The notes: a model not told the origin generated them from the sequence alone. Shown: positions 39,131 through 54,070, numbered from the stretch's first letter. The stretch: 64,000 nucleotides of DNA from the human T2T-CHM13v2.0 reference genome, Homo sapiens (GCF_009914755.1 NC_060931.1); one strand, 5' to 3'. Program-made: numbers and translations.

Positions 39131-41201
39131 AACTATTTTTTAATGGCTGCCTAGTACTCCACAGAATTGATGAGCCATAATTAACTAAATTAGCCCCTAT
39201 TGCCTTTAGCTAAATATTAAAATTATTTGGTTTTGGCAATAACAAATTAAACTTCTTAAAACACTCTGTAATTTTATCTTTTCCTCACATTTCTTTTTCT
39301 CTCTTTATTTTTCGAGTTTTCAATAAATCCATTTACTAAAACTCCTCAGGTATACAACACATAAAATTCAGTGAAGAGACAAGATCCTAAAATTGCTATC
39401 TCAATTTTAAGACTCCTTGTCATGAAGAAGTGATGTTGACTAGATAGCAGAAAAGGAAGCCCCGCACCTCAGTTTCCCCACAAAGACATCAACTTAACAG
39501 CAATTTGTAATCCAGAAGCTTTTATGAGAACTCCAGAAACCAGTTAAGAAGGCACAGGACCATAGGCAAGCTTAATGCCAAGAATGGCCATGCTGAAATG
39601 GGTAAGAAAAGCCATTTCACCTCAACTGTGACAGCCCTTCCCCTAACCCAGTATCGCTCAGTGTCTGCAGGAGAAAAGCCCAATTCATGGCTTTTCCCTT
39701 GGGAAGAAAAGAGAAGAATGGAATGTACATCTAACATTCCAGCTTTTCAGGGGGGCTGCCTGAGGGACTAGTTTATGTCTCGACTGACTGGGAGCACTGA
39801 TGGGAAACTGGCACACTTTGAATGCCTGGGAGCTACTGAGAAAAAAGGAGCTCAGAGGCTGGTTGCAACAGCAGAGATCTGCCAGTGCCACAGGCAAAGG
39901 CCAGCACAGCTCAGTGCAATCAAGAGAAAGCACCCAGCTCACTGCTTATCCCTCGGGAGGAAATGAGTAAAAAGTACATGCAATGTTCTGGATTTGTGGG
40001 GAGGCTTGTTCAGGGACTGATTTCTGTCTCAGTTGACCAGGAATACAGACAAAACTGAAATACTATGGATGACTGAAGGCTTTAGAAAATAAGAGAGCTC
40101 AGAAGCTGGCCGCAGTGCCAGAAAATCTGCAGTACCATAGACAGATGCAAGAGAGAGCACGAGATTACAAGCTCATAAAGAAGAAATCAGCAAACCTTCT
40201 AATTGGAAAATACACCAACAAGCCCAGGGAAGATGGATATCCAGAAAAGGGTTGAGAGGCCCCAAGAATCTCTAGCTGAGCTGACTGACATGTTATTACA
40301 CTGTAAGAAGCCAGTCCGTAAAGGCTGGAAGAGGTGGCTATTTTGTCAAATGCACAAATTACATTAAAAAATAACAAGGTACATGAAGAAACAGGGAAAC
40401 ATGGCCCAATTAAAGGAACAAAATAAACATCTAGAGAGAAATAACAATAAATGGAAATCTATGGCCAGAAAAGACAAAAAAATTAAAGTTCAGTGCACTA
40501 CAAGAGAATACTCAGAAAGACAGCTAAACAAAATCAGCAAAACTATGCATGAATAGAATCATATCAATAAAGAGACAGAAACTATAAAAAACAGAAGTTC
40601 TGAAGCTGAAAAATAAAATAACCGAACTAAAAAGTTCACTGGAGGAGTTCAACAGCAGGCTGTATTAAGAAGAAGAAGAAATAATCAGTGAACTAAAAGA
40701 CAGGTCAGTTGAAATTATTGAGTAAAGGAATAAAAAAAAATTCAAAAATTGAACACAGCCTTAAGGACTTTATGGGACAATGCCAAGGGGATGAAAATAT
40801 GCATTATGGGGATCAGAGAAGGAGAAGAGAGAAAGGGGCAGAGAGTTGATCTGGAGAAGTAATGTCTGACAATTCTCCAAATTGGAGGAAGGAAATAGAC
40901 ATACAAAATTTTAAAAGCTCAAAGGACTCCAACTAGAATAAACCCAAAGAGGACCATACCACAATTCATTAAAATCAAGCTATCAATAGTCAAAGACAAA
41001 GAAAGAAACTTGAAAACAGCAAGAGAAATTGATTCATCACTTTCAAGGGAGTCTTATAATATTATCAGTAGGTTTCTCAGTAAAAACTTTGCAAGCCAGA
41101 AGAGGGTGGAATGACATATTCAAAGTGCTAAAAACGGAGAAAAAAAACGCCACCTGCCAATCAAGGATACTTAAAAACTTCCAACCAAGAATAGTTTATC
41201 T

Positions 41202-41539
41202 CAGGGGTTCCCAAACCCTGGGCCACAGACCAGTACCAATTCGTGGCTTGATAGGAACCAAGCTGCACAGCAAGAGGTGAGTGGTAAGTGAACAAGCATT
41301 ACTGCCTGAGCTCTGCCTCACATCACATGAGTGGCCACGTTAGATTCTCTTAGGAGCGCAAACCCTATTGTGAACTGTGCATGCATGGGATCTAGATTGT
41401 GCACTCCTTATGGGAATCTAATGTCTGATGATCTGAGGTGGAACAGTTTTATCCCGAAACCATCCCTGCCCCACTGGTCCGTGGAAAAATTGTCTTCCAC
41501 AAAACTGGTCCCTGGTGCCACAAAGGGTGGGGACTACTG
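41202..41539. mobile_element. MER1B (hAT-Charlie) nested in L1 ORF1
   Basis: TIRs caggggttccc / ggggactactg; gcgcaaaccctattgtgaactg core. Confidence 0.88.
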
Positions 41540-41572
41540 CTTCATCTGGCAAAACTATATTTCAAAAGTGAA

Positions 41573-43775
41573 GTCGACTCATTCAATAAATCAATGCCGA
41601 GGCCAATGTCATAGAGCTTCCCTCTATGTTTTCTTCTAGTAGCTTTATAGTTGCAGGCCTTACATTTAACTTTTTAAAAACCATTTTAAGTAGATTTTTG
41701 TATATGGCCTGAAATAAGGCCCCAATTTCATTCTTCCATATGTGGATATCAAACTTTACCAACATCATTTACTGAAGAGACTGTTCTTTCCCCATTGTGT
41801 GTTCTTGATACCTTTGTCAAAAATCAATTGACCATAAACACTTGGGTTTATTTCTGGGCTTTCTGTACTGTTCCATTGGTTGATATGTCTGTTTTTTAGC
41901 CAGTACCATGCTGTAGTCAAAGCTATTGACTACAATAGCTTTACATTTCGAAATCAGGGAGTGTGATGCCTCCACCTTTGTTCTTTTTGCTCAAGATTTG
42001 GATTCTTTTCTGGTTCCACAGTAATTTAAGAATTGTTTTTTTCTATTTCTTTGAAAAAAGACATTGGAATTTTGATAAAAATTGCATTAAATGTGTAGGA
42101 TCACTTTGGGTAGTACGGACATTTTAACAATATTAATTATTTTAATCCATGAACATGAAACATCTTTCCATTTTTGTGTGCCCTTTCCAATTTTTCAGCA
42201 ATGCTATATAGTTTTCAGTGTACAGATCTTTCACCTCCTTGTTTAAATTAACACATACAAAAATTCATAAATAGGAATGCATTAAACTAAATAGCTCCTG
42301 CACAGCAAAGAAAACAATGAACAGAGTGAAGAGACAATCCATGGATTTGTTAGAAAATATTTGCAAACCATATAGCTGATAAAAGGCTAATAACCAAAAT
42401 ATGTAAGAAACTGAAACTCAATAGCAAAAAACTAAATAACTGAATTAAAAAGTGGGCAAAGAATGTGAACAGACATTTTGCAAAAAAAAGAGAGATACGA
42501 ATGACCAACATACATATGAAAAAATGTTCAATATCGCTAACCATATGAGAAATGCAAAGTAAAATCTACAGTGAGGTATCACCTCACACTTGTTAGAATG
42601 GCTATGACAAAAAAAGATGAATGAACCCTTGTGTATTGTTGGTGAAAATGTAAATTAGTACAGCCATTTTGGAAAATATGTTGAAGGTTCCCCAAAAAAC
42701 TAAAAATAGAACTACCGTGGGATCCAACCATCCCCACTTCTGAGTACTATCCAAAAAAATTGAAATTAGTACATCAAAAGACATCTGCACTTCTATGTTC
42801 ATTTCAACATTATTATGAATGCCACAGCAGGGCTGTATGAGCCAACTATCCCCACAGCAGGGCACAATGGCTCACACCTGTAATCCTAGCACTTTGGGAG
42901 GTTGAGCAGGGAGATCTCTTGAAGCCAGGAGTTTGAGACCAGCCTGGGCAACACTGCAAGACCCTGTCACTACAAAAAATGTTTTAAAGTTTAGCCAGGT
43001 ATGGTGGCATGTGCCTGTAATTTCAGCTACTCAGGAGGCTGAGTCAGGAGGATTGCCTGAGCCCAGGGATTGAAGGCTGCAGGAGGCCATGATGATATCA
43101 CTGCATTCCAGCCTGGGCGATGGCACCAGGCCCTGACACCAAAAGAAAAAAAAAAAAAGTATAGTCAAGATATAGAATTACCCTAAGTGGCAATCAACAG
43201 ATACTTGGATAAATTGTTTTTTATATACATATATATATATGTATATAAAACACATATATTTATATTACATATATATGTAACAATACACAGCCTTTAAAAA
43301 GAAGAAAATTCTGTGATTTGTGACATCATGGGTGGAACTGGAGGACATTATGCTAAGTAAAATAAGACAGCACAAAGAGACAAATACTGTATGTTCTCAC
43401 TTATATGTGGAATCTAAAACAGTTGATCTCATAGAAACATAATAGAAAGGTGGCAACCAGAAGCTGAGGAGTAGAGGAGAGAGAGGAAAAGAGGAGACAT
43501 TGGTTAAAGGGTGCCAAGTTTCAGTTAAACTGGAGGAATAAGTTTCAGTGCCCTGCATGGTGACCATAGTTAATAACAATGTGTTGTATATCCCATAATT
43601 GCTTAAAGAATATAATTTTAATAATCTCACCACAAAAAAAAGTTAGTGAGGTAATATATATACATTAATTAGCTTGATTGAATATTTTGACAATGCATAC
43701 ATAGATTAAAAATCACATTGTACCCCATAAATATAAACAATTATTATTTATCAATTAAAAGTAAATAAATTTTTA
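41573..43775 (+). mobile_element. 5'-inverted (twin-primed) L1MA nested in the host L1; inverted part ~41573-42249, sense part ~42250-43775
   Basis: Antisense ORF2 block followed by its sense continuation, an L1MA 3'UTR and an A-rich tail; host ORF1 resumes at aaggagaaataaagacc. Confidence 0.8.
42858..43158 (+). mobile_element. AluJ nested in the L1MA
   Basis: Diverged dimeric Alu with J-type positions. Confidence 0.9.
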
Positions 43776-44282
43776 AAATAAAGGAGAAATAAAGACCTAG
43801 CTAGATAAATAAAAGCTGATGAAGTTGATCATCTCTAGACCTGCATTACAAGAATTGGTAAAGGAAGTCTGTCAAGTTGAAAGGAAAGGACACTAGTTAG
43901 CAACATGAAAGCATATGAATATATAAAGTTACTCTCTGATGGAGTAACTATATAGACAAATACATAATCCTGGAATATAATATGTTCACAATAGTGTGTG
44001 AATAATTTTTAATTCTGGTAGAGAATTTAAAAAATAAAAGCATAAAAATATAAGTATAAAACTGTGAATAAATACAAAGTATGAAAATATGTACTTTGTG
44101 ACATCAAAATATGATGTGTATAGGGTGAAATGCAAAGGAAAACAGCTTTTGTATGTTACTGAAGTTAAATTGTTATCAATTTAAAAGAGATTGTTATAAG
44201 ATTTTTATGTAATCCTCATGGTAAGCACAAAGAAAATACCTACAAAAGATGCACAGGAGAAATGAAAAGGAATCAAAGTCTG

Positions 44283-44652
44283 TGTATTAGTCTGTTCTCA
44301 TGCTGCTAATTAATAAAGGCATACCAAAGAATGGGCAATTTATAAAGGAAGGAGGTTTAATTAACTTACAGTTCCACATGGGTGGGGAGGCCTCACAATC
44401 ACAGTGGAAGGTGAATGAGGAGCAAAATCATGTCTTACATGGCGGCAGGCAAAGACAGCATGTGCAGGGGAACTCCCCTTTATAAAACCATCAGATCTCA
44501 TGGGACTTATTCACTATCATGAGAACAGCAAGGGACAGATCCACCACCATGATTCAATGACCTCCCATTGGGTCCCTCTCACGACACGTGAGAACTATGG
44601 GAGCTAAAACTGAAGATGAGATTTGAGTGGGGGACACAGCCAAACCATATTA
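44283..44652 (-). mobile_element. THE1 solo LTR nested in the host L1
   Basis: tgtattagtctgttctcatgctgcta...ggggacacagccaaaccatatta. Confidence 0.92.
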
Positions 44653-46987
44653 CTATGTAACTACAAACGTCAACAAAATACAAAGGAGAGTGCCAACAGA
44701 ATAAAAGAGCAACAAAACTACAAGATATACGGAAACCAATTAACAAAATAGTAACAAGTCCTTCTCTATTAGTAAATAATTAAATGTAAATGGATTAAAC
44801 TCCCCAATCAAAATATATAATCAAAATATTTAATCCATTCATGGCTGAATGGATTAAAAAACAAGATCCAACTATACACTGTCTACAAAAGATTCACTCT
44901 GGATATAAGGACATAAATAGGCTGGAAGTAAAAGGAGGGAAAAAGATATTCCATGCAAATAGTAACTAAAAGAGTGAATATGGCCATAATTACATCAAAT
45001 AAGATAGACTTCAAGTCAAAAACTGTCATAAAACAAAGAAGGACCTTATATAATGATAAACGATCTACTCACTAGGAAGGTATAAAAACTATAAATACAT
45101 GCGCATCTACCAGCAGTGTATTCAAATACATAAAGCAAACATTGACATAATTGAAAGTAGAAATAGACAGAAACACAATTAAAGTAGGATATTTCAATGC
45201 TCCACTTTCAATAATGAATAGATTAACCAGAGAGATCCATAAGTAATAGAGGACTTGAACAACAATATAGACCAATGGGATCTAACAGATACCTATCTCT
45301 GTCTCTTTCTCTGTCTCTATGTTATATAGAACATTCTCTATGATAGATCACATTTAAAGCCACAAAAGAAGTCTTAACAAGATTAAAAATATGAAAATCA
45401 TATCAAATATCTTTTCTGACTATAAATAATGGAATGAAGCTAGAAATCAATAGTAAAACGAAAAGTGAAAAAGTCACAAATATGTGGAAACTGAATAATA
45501 CAATCTTGAACAACCAATGGTTCAAAGAAGAAATCACAAGGGTAGTCAGAAAATATATTGAGACAAATGAAAATAAAACCATAATATGCCAAAACTCATG
45601 GGATTCAGGCAAAGCAATTCTAAGAGGAAAGCTTGTAATAATAAACACCCATATGAAAAACAACGAAAGAGCTCATCAGCAATATGACTTTGTACCTCAG
45701 GAAACTGAAAGAACAAATTAAACCAACATTTAATAGAAAGATTAAGGCAGAAATAAATGAAATAGAAAATAGAAAAAGGAAAAAAGAACTTTGGTTAAAA
45801 TATTAACAGAATTTCAGTTTTTTTAAAAGATCAACAAAATTGACTACCCTTAGTTACAGTAAGTAAAAAATGAGAGAAGACTCATATTTTAAAAATTAGA
45901 AAGAGACATTACAAGTGATGCTACAAAAACAAAAAAGATCATAGGAGGCTATTGTGAATAATTACACACCAACCAATTGGATAACCTAGAAGAAATGGAT
46001 AGATTTCTACAAACATATATCCTACTAAGACTGAGTTATAAAGAAACAAAAATTCTGGACATAACCTATAAGCAGTCAGGAAATCGAATCAGTAACCAAA
46101 AACCTTCCAACAAAGAAAAGCCCACAACCAGATGGCTTCAATGGAGAATTCTACCAAATACTTAAAGAACAAATACAAATTCTTTTCAAAATCTTTCCAA
46201 ATATTGATGAGGAGGAAGACTTCCAGACTCATTTTATGATGCCAGCAGGACCCTGACACCAAAAATAAGACAAAGATAGTATAAGAAAATTACAGACCAG
46301 TATCCCTGATGAAACATTGGTATAAAAATTCTCAACCAAGCACTAGCAAACAGAATTCAACATCACAATAAAAGGATTATACACTACAATCACACGGGAT
46401 TTATTCCTGGAAGGTAAGAATGCTTCAATATAAAAACATCAATCAATGTAATATGCCACAGTGAAAGACAAAAACCATACAAAACTCAACACCCTTTTAT
46501 GATTTAAAAAAACACTCAACAACTAGGAATCAAAGGAAATTACCTAAACTTAACAAAGTCCACACATAAAAATCCCACAGCTGACATCATACTCAATTGT
46601 GAAAAACTGAAAGCTTTCTCTTTAAGACGAGGAAGAAGGAAAGAATACCTTCTCTTCCCATTTCTATTGAAAATAGTGTTGGGAGTCCTAGCCATAACAA
46701 TTAGGCAAGAAAAAGAAATATAAGGCATCTAAATTGAAAACGGAAGAAGTGAAATTATTCCTTTTGCATATACATGATTTTATATGTAGAAAATCCTAAA
46801 GATTTGACAAAAATGCTGTTAGAACTAATACATACATTCAGCAAAGTTGCAGGATACAAAATCAATTCCAAAAAATCAGTTTTGTTTTTATACACTAACA
46901 ATAAACAATCTAAAAAGGAAATTAAGAAAATAATTTAATTTGCAGTTGCATTAAAAATAATAAAATACTTAGAAATAAGCTTAATCA

Positions 46988-47290
46988 GGCTGGGTGCAGT
47001 GGCTCACACCTGTAATCCCAGCACTTTGGGAGGCCGAGGCGGGTGGATCACAAGGTCAGCAGATCGAGACCATCCTGGCTAACACAGTGAAACCCTGTCT
47101 CTACTAAAAATACAAAAAAATTATCCGGGCATGGTGGCGGGCACCTGTAGTCCCAGCTACTCAGGAGGCTGAGGCAGGAGAATGGCATGAACCCGGCAGG
47201 CGGAGATTGCAGTGAGCCAAGATTGCGCCACTGCACTCCAGCCTGGACAACAGAGCGAGACTCCATCTCAAAAAAAAAAAAAAAAAAAGC
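46988..47290 (+). mobile_element. AluY nested in host L1 ORF2
   Basis: gagaccatcctggctaacac and gaatggcatgaaccc diagnostics; 14-bp TSD aataagcttaatca. Confidence 0.93.
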
Positions 47291-49803
47291 AATAAGCTTA
47301 ATCAAGGAGATAAAAAAGACTTGCACACTGAAAACTACAAAACATTGCTGGAATTAGAGAAGACACAATAAATATTTTCATGAAAGTATTAATAATGTTA
47401 AAATGTCCATGCTACCCAAAACAATCTATACATTCAAAGCAATCACTATCAAAATCCCAATAGCAGTTTCTTTTTTTTTTTTGGAGAAATAGGAAAAACA
47501 AATCCTAAAGGTCATGATGGAATCTCAAAGTACTCCAAATAACCAAAGCAATCTTGAGGGGAAGAAAACAATAAAACATAGCTGGAAGCCTCACACTTTC
47601 TGGTTTCAAAACATATTACAAAGCTACTATAATGAAAACAGTATGGTACTGACATAGAGAACAATGTGTAAATCAATGAAACAGAATAAGGAGCTCAAAA
47701 ATAAACTTTCATGTATATAATCAAATGATCTTTGATAAAGGTGTTAACACAATGTGGAAGATAGTTTCTTCAACAAATGGTGTTTGGAAAATGCAAAATA
47801 TTCAAATACAAAAGAATGAAATTGGGCCCTTACCGTTAACCATATAAAAAAATTAAAATGGATTAAACATCCAAATGTAAGACCTGAAATTATAAAGTTC
47901 CTAGAAGAAAACATAGAGGGAAATCTTTATGACATTCTATTTGGCAATGGTTTCTTAGATATGGCACCAAAAGTACAGACAACAAAAGCAAAAATAGACT
48001 AATGTGAGTATATCATACTTAAAAGCTATTGTGCAACAAAGGAAACAATCAACAGAGTGAAGAGGGAACCTATAGAATGAGAGAAAATATCTATAAACCA
48101 TATGTCTGAAAGGGGGTTAATATATAGACTATATAAAGAGCATCAAGTCAACAATGACAATAAGCAAACAATCTGATTTACAAAGAGGCAAAGAATTTGA
48201 AGAGACGTTTCTCCAAGGAAGATATACAAATGGCCACAAAGCATATGAAAAGATGCTCAACATCACTAATCATCTGGGAAATGCAAATCAAAATTACAAT
48301 AAGATATCACCTCACTTCCACTAGGATGGCCACTATCAAAAAAAAAAAAAAAGAGAGAAAACAAGTGTTGGTGAGGATGCGGAGAAATTAGAATTCTTAT
48401 GCATTGTTAGTAGGAATGTGGAATGATACAAGTACTATGGAATAAGTATAAAGTTCCTCAAAAAATTAAAAATAGAATTACCACATAATCTAGCAATCCC
48501 ACTTCTGGATATACATCCAAAAGAACAGCAAACAGAATTTCAAAGAGATGTGTTCTTGTTCACTGCAGCACAGTTCACAATAACCAAGAGGTGGAAGCAA
48601 CATAAATATCTATTGATGGATGAATGCATAAAGAAAATGTGGTCTATACACAGAGTGGAACATTATCAAGGAAATTCTGACACATGCTGTAACTTAGAGA
48701 AACTTTGAAAAGGTTATGCTAAGTGAAATAAGCCAGTCACAAAAAGACAAATAATCGCATAATTCCATTTACATGAGCTATATAAAGTAGTCAAACTTTA
48801 GAAAGTAGAATGGTGGTTGCCAGGAGCTTGAGGGAGGGGGAAAAGATGAATTATTTTTCAATGGGTATAAAATTTCAGTTATGCAATATGAAAAAGTTCT
48901 AGTGATCTAGAGGTGCCTATATTAAACATGACACTTAAAAATGATTAAGATTATACATTTCATGCTATGTGGTTTTTTTAACCACAATTTTTTAACCACC
49001 ATTATTATTAATAATAAAGAGTCCTTGTCATCTGGTTAGCTCACATTCGGTTTGTGATAATATCACCAGAATTCTTTCAAATAAATGGATATGAAACCTT
49101 TCCATTTTTTCTGTTAATACCTACTTATCACTTTAGCCCACTGTTCTAACTTGTAAGACTTTTCTAGGCCTAGAGGCTGGTGTGATGTGGTGTTCTAGTC
49201 TTTTAGAAGCCCTGACTCGACCTTATACCTGAGTATTCAAGAGTTCTTAGGAAGAGATGAGATGCCTGGCCTTGCCACCACCTCCACTGTGGTAATCCTG
49301 CCTATTATTTCCACCCTATTTGTTGATAACACTGAAAGCCATAACACCTTGGCTTTAGTTACTAGACTTCTTCCTTCAGAGTTGACATCAATCTATTAAC
49401 TAATGGTGATTGTTCAAATGTTATAGGTTTGCCCACGTATTATTTTCTAGTCTCTATTTCTCATTCTCTCCTTAAAATATTGAGAGACTTTGTTAAATGC
49501 CACGATTTCACTTACTCCTTCAATTAACTAGCAAGGGGCTGCTGAGTCCTTTCTCTGTGATAGGAACTGTAGTGGATTCAAAGATGTAAAACGTTCCTGA
49601 CCTCAAGCTGTTCAAAGTCTAATGGAGGAGAGATAATTCTATAGCATTCACACAATCTACCAGGTTGGAAACACTACCAAAAACTACCATTTGTATCCTA
49701 CTTGGGGACTTGCTTTGTTCTATGAATCCACATTGGTTAGCTGAAGCCCTCTAAGCTCTCACTGATGGCTGTAATAATAACGACATATTCCAGAATTCTC
49801 TTA

Positions 49804-50185
<382 letters not shown>

Positions 50186-50569
50186 CGCAGCAGCAGCTCT
50201 TTTTCAAATTGTTTACCCAACTTGAAAAAGCAATTTCACCTGTTGAAAGATGGTTCTGGCTCACTCATTGTTACACAATTTGGAGAAGCATTAAACTCCT
50301 TGAGGCTTTGCCAAAATTGCCTAGCTTTGCCTCTGGAAGTTCTTCTCCCAAAGTTAATAACATCTATTCAACAAACAATTATTGAATACCATGTATTTCC
50401 CAGTCATGGTGCTACTCCTGGTAAATTAAGATAACATGCTTGAAAAATGTCTGGCAAAGTCAGAGACCCTTCAATAAAGACAAGGTCTAATGGGAGTTTG
50501 TGTTAGTTTAAGGTGCTTAAACAAAAGGATTCTGGTAGATGTATTTAGAGACTTCAAGCAAATATTAAC

Positions 50570-50800
50570 ATTGTCAGCCATAAATATTTATTAAACATTT
50601 ACTCAGGGTGTTAATTGTATCTCATATGACTCAAATCCCCCCAAAGGGAGGTAATTTTACTATATCTATTTTTATAAAGGAAGAAACTGAAGATTACGAA
50701 AGATAACTTGTCCAAGATCATACAAGTAATAAGTGAGCAGAGTGAGGATTTAGCTTTGGTTTGACTCTAAGCCCATCCTCTTTAACCACTGTCCTTACCT
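50570..50800 (-). mobile_element. MIR
   Basis: gaagaaactgaag...taacttgtccaagatcataca...tttaaccact. Confidence 0.8.
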
Positions 50801-51099
50801 TGCCTTCCCAGCCTCAGGCTGATAGGTCAGGAAGAAATAACTGCTGCAGTTTTGAATGGAAATGTTTATTTTTATGATACCATAGTGACTAAAGCCCATG
50901 GATTTCTCACCTAGTAAAGCACCCACCTACTGGGCATATTAGAAACCAGTTTGTGCTTCAAAGTGTTGCTTTAGAAAATACTTTAAAAGTCTATCTTTAG
51001 CATATTCTATGAGGAACACTTAATATCTAGTCCTGCCTGATTTCCAAAGCATGCAGCTAGCCCTTTTCCTTCCCGCAACCAGGAAATCTAGTGCCTTCT

Positions 51100-51444
51100 C
51101 GTTATGGACTGAATGTGTGTGTTCCCCCAAAATTCAGGTGTGGAAATCCTAACCTCCAAGGTGATATTAGAAGGTGGAGCCTTTGGGAAGTGGTAAGTTG
51201 GTGAAGCCTTCATGAATGGCATTAGAGCCCTTACAAGGGACCACAAAAAGCTCTCTAGCTCTTTTTCTGCCATATGAGGACACAGCAAAAAAAGAGTTGT
51301 CAGAAAACCAGGAAGAGATCACTCATCAGTCACCGAGTCTTCTGGCGCCATGATCGTGGACTTTCTAGCCTCCAAAACTGTGAGAAATAATGGTTGTTTA
51401 ACCCATCCAGTTTATATTTTCTATAGCAGTGTGAGCTAAGACAC
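51100..51444 (+). mobile_element. MLT1A-type solo LTR
   Basis: gttatggactgaatgtgtgtg..ccccaaaattca...actgtgagaaataa...gagctaagaca. Confidence 0.88.
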
Positions 51445-52089
51445 CTCTTTTGCTTGGTCAGGACTGATTTTTAAATGCCTCCCGTCTGGCATATGGTAGG
51501 AAGGAAACTTTCCCCAATAGCAGAAACAGTGACGGATTTCTGGGTCATTTTTGGAAGCATTTGCTCCACTTTGGTTTCTTTGGTCTCATAATCTCATTGT
51601 GCCAATTATGTACATCATCCTCGAGGTCAGAAGTGTTTAAGGGGGAGGGAAGTTCTAACTTAAAGAGGACAGATAAGAACTCTCACCACCAGACACAGCC
51701 TCACGCTCCCACTCCCGACCTTGGTTCTATACCTCACTCTGGGAGTGGCACTTCATAGGAACTTAGTAAAAGGTGATTAAATGCTGGTGTGTTTATCTTC
51801 CATGTCCCTTTATGCCTTTCATCTGTACACATACATTAGGTTCACGTTATTCTTAGGGGAAGTGAAGACACTCCTTAAGGTCTCACTTGTTTAGCTAAAG
51901 AAGACAGACATCCACAGAGCCTTGGTCTGTATAATAAGAAAATGAGCAGGATTCAGCACCTTGCATCCATTTACATATTCATTTGTTCGCTTGTTTGTTG
52001 ATTTGTTCATTCATTCACATGTGGGTCTCCTCAGTGCCAAGGCCCATGGGCAAATAATACACACAAGCGAAGGAAAACCAGGTGGATTT

Positions 52090-52325
52090 CTTCTAATATA
52101 GTCAAATCATAGAACCAAAGAGTGGAAAGGTGGTTGCCAGGCGATGAGGGGAAGAGGGAAATGGGAGTTGCTGTTGAAGGGGTACAAAGTTCCACTGATG
52201 CAGGATGAATAAGCTCTAGAGATCCGCTGCACAGGCTGTGCTCAGAGTGACAACACTCTTGTGCATTTCACACTTTGTTCAGAGGGAAGATCTCATGTTC
52301 AGTGTTCCTACCACAAAAAAATAAC
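52090..52325 (+). mobile_element. L1MA/MB 3' end fragment
   Basis: ggtggttgccagg..ggggtacaaagtt..ggatgaataagctctagagatc. Confidence 0.8.
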
Positions 52326-53624
52326 ATTCTTAAAAACTGTGATTCATGCTGTAAACAGGCTTTCAGAAAGGCTATTAGTTTAAGTCATCAGCAGCCCCTA
52401 TCCCCCATTCAACAACACAGAGTATCAATGACCATGCTTGTTTTTTTATCAAAGTGTAAGTGTTCTGAATACTTTAAAAATTTACATTTTTTCACATATT
52501 AGGATTAGCAATGTTTAATGCTTATTATTTATGTGTTTGTGTGTGAGAAAGAGAGAGAATTGGTTGTTCACATCAATTTTTTTTCCTACTGTGGTGTCCA
52601 TGTGCTCTTAGCAATATCCTCTAAATAGCATATATATTGTAAATATTTTCCCTAGTTTGTCATGGCCTTGAATTTTCTAAATTTTACTTTTTCAGAAGGT
52701 AAAATTTTATCTGATTCAATCTGTCAGGGTTCTCTCCGCCCTTTTTTGGTTTCTCACCATGTGGCATACTAAGAAAGGGACTTGATTCGAAGTTTTTAAA
52801 ATTCGTACTATTTTAAAGTGGCTTTATGATTTAGTTTTTTTTACCATTTTACTTTAAATAAACCTGGATTTAATTTTGCTATGTGCTCTACATTTCCTCC
52901 AAATGATTAGCTTACAATGAAGATGTTTATTTTATAAACCTGCAGATACCTGTACAACAATAAAACACATTACAATAATATTACAACTTTTGACATTTCC
53001 TTCACTAACTAAAGTATAAAGTGGCATCTCATCCATGGAGAATCTGGCTTGCTGGAAATCTTACCTATTCAGAACACAGACTCAAACCATGCAGAGCTGG
53101 AATATCTAACTCAAATCAGAGGGGTGCCCTTCCCGACAGGCCTGCCCGCACCTGGCCTCGGCCCCAGCCTCAACCCAGGCCTTGGCGGCCACTTTGCAGC
53201 GCCTGCCTAACTTTGTCACCAAAGTTATCTAATTCCCTTTCCACTAATCAATAAGCCCAAAGTTTCCTGAGAGAGTCAGGGTCAAGTCTGAGAATTCAGA
53301 AAAGTTTTGTGATTCATTCTAGAAAGAGTTCCCTCTAAAGTGCTTAAGTAATTTCTTAAAAGAGATTTGTACATAACAGGATAAATCCTCAATACCTAAT
53401 GTAGTTATTTCTTTATCATATTCTCATTTTCCAGAGACACCAGGAGGCTAACATTTTAGTATAATGAAGCTACTCTGAATTAAATTTTTAAACCTACATT
53501 TTAACCTATTAATCTTTTACATGATGATTATATGTAATTTCCTCTAAATATACTTGTATTTTTAAGATGATGACCAAAAAGATTATGAGCCAGAACAGCC
53601 TAGAAAAGCAGAGCAAGAGATGAG

Positions 53625-53850
53625 AGCACAGCGTGGTGGCCCCACTCACACCCTGGAGCCAGATTGCAGGGCTTAGAGTCTGGTGTCCACCATTAGCTGT
53701 GTGATGGTGGATAAGTTGCTTAACCTCTCTGTGCCTCAATTTCTCCATCTGTAAAACGTGGACAAAAATACTACCTGCCTCCCTTGTTTACTGTTAGGAT
53801 TAAGTAAGTAATAACATGAAAAGTACAGAAACCAGTGCCCTCACTGGTGG
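53625..53850 (+). mobile_element. MIR
   Basis: ttaacctctctgtgcctcaatttctccatctgtaaaa core. Confidence 0.88.
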
Positions 53851-54070
53851 GCAGGTTATTCTGAAGTTTTCTTCTCACCATCACCCTAATCACTCCCCTA
53901 ACCAACAGTCGGCAGTCTAAGGGGAGCCTGGAGACCCTGACATCACCCCCAGAAACAGATATGAACTACCTAGATCTTGGTCTCACTCCTGTAGGGCACA
54001 CCAGGGTCCTGAGAGAATTCAGTCATCCTCTGTCACCTGGTTAAGTTTCTTGAGGCTAAATGCATTGACA

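Larger units (their letters stand above)
39424..49016 (+). mobile_element. Full-length ancient L1 (L1MB-type): 5'UTR, ORF1, ORF2 and 3'UTR all decayed, with nested insertions
   Basis: ORF1 remnants (TLQARRGWNDIFKVLK), endonuclease/RT remnants (NVNGLNSPIK, WKLNNTILNNQW, MDNLEEMDRFL); 15-bp TSD aagactccttgtcat (39409-39423) / aagagtccttgtcat (49017-49031). Confidence 0.9.
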
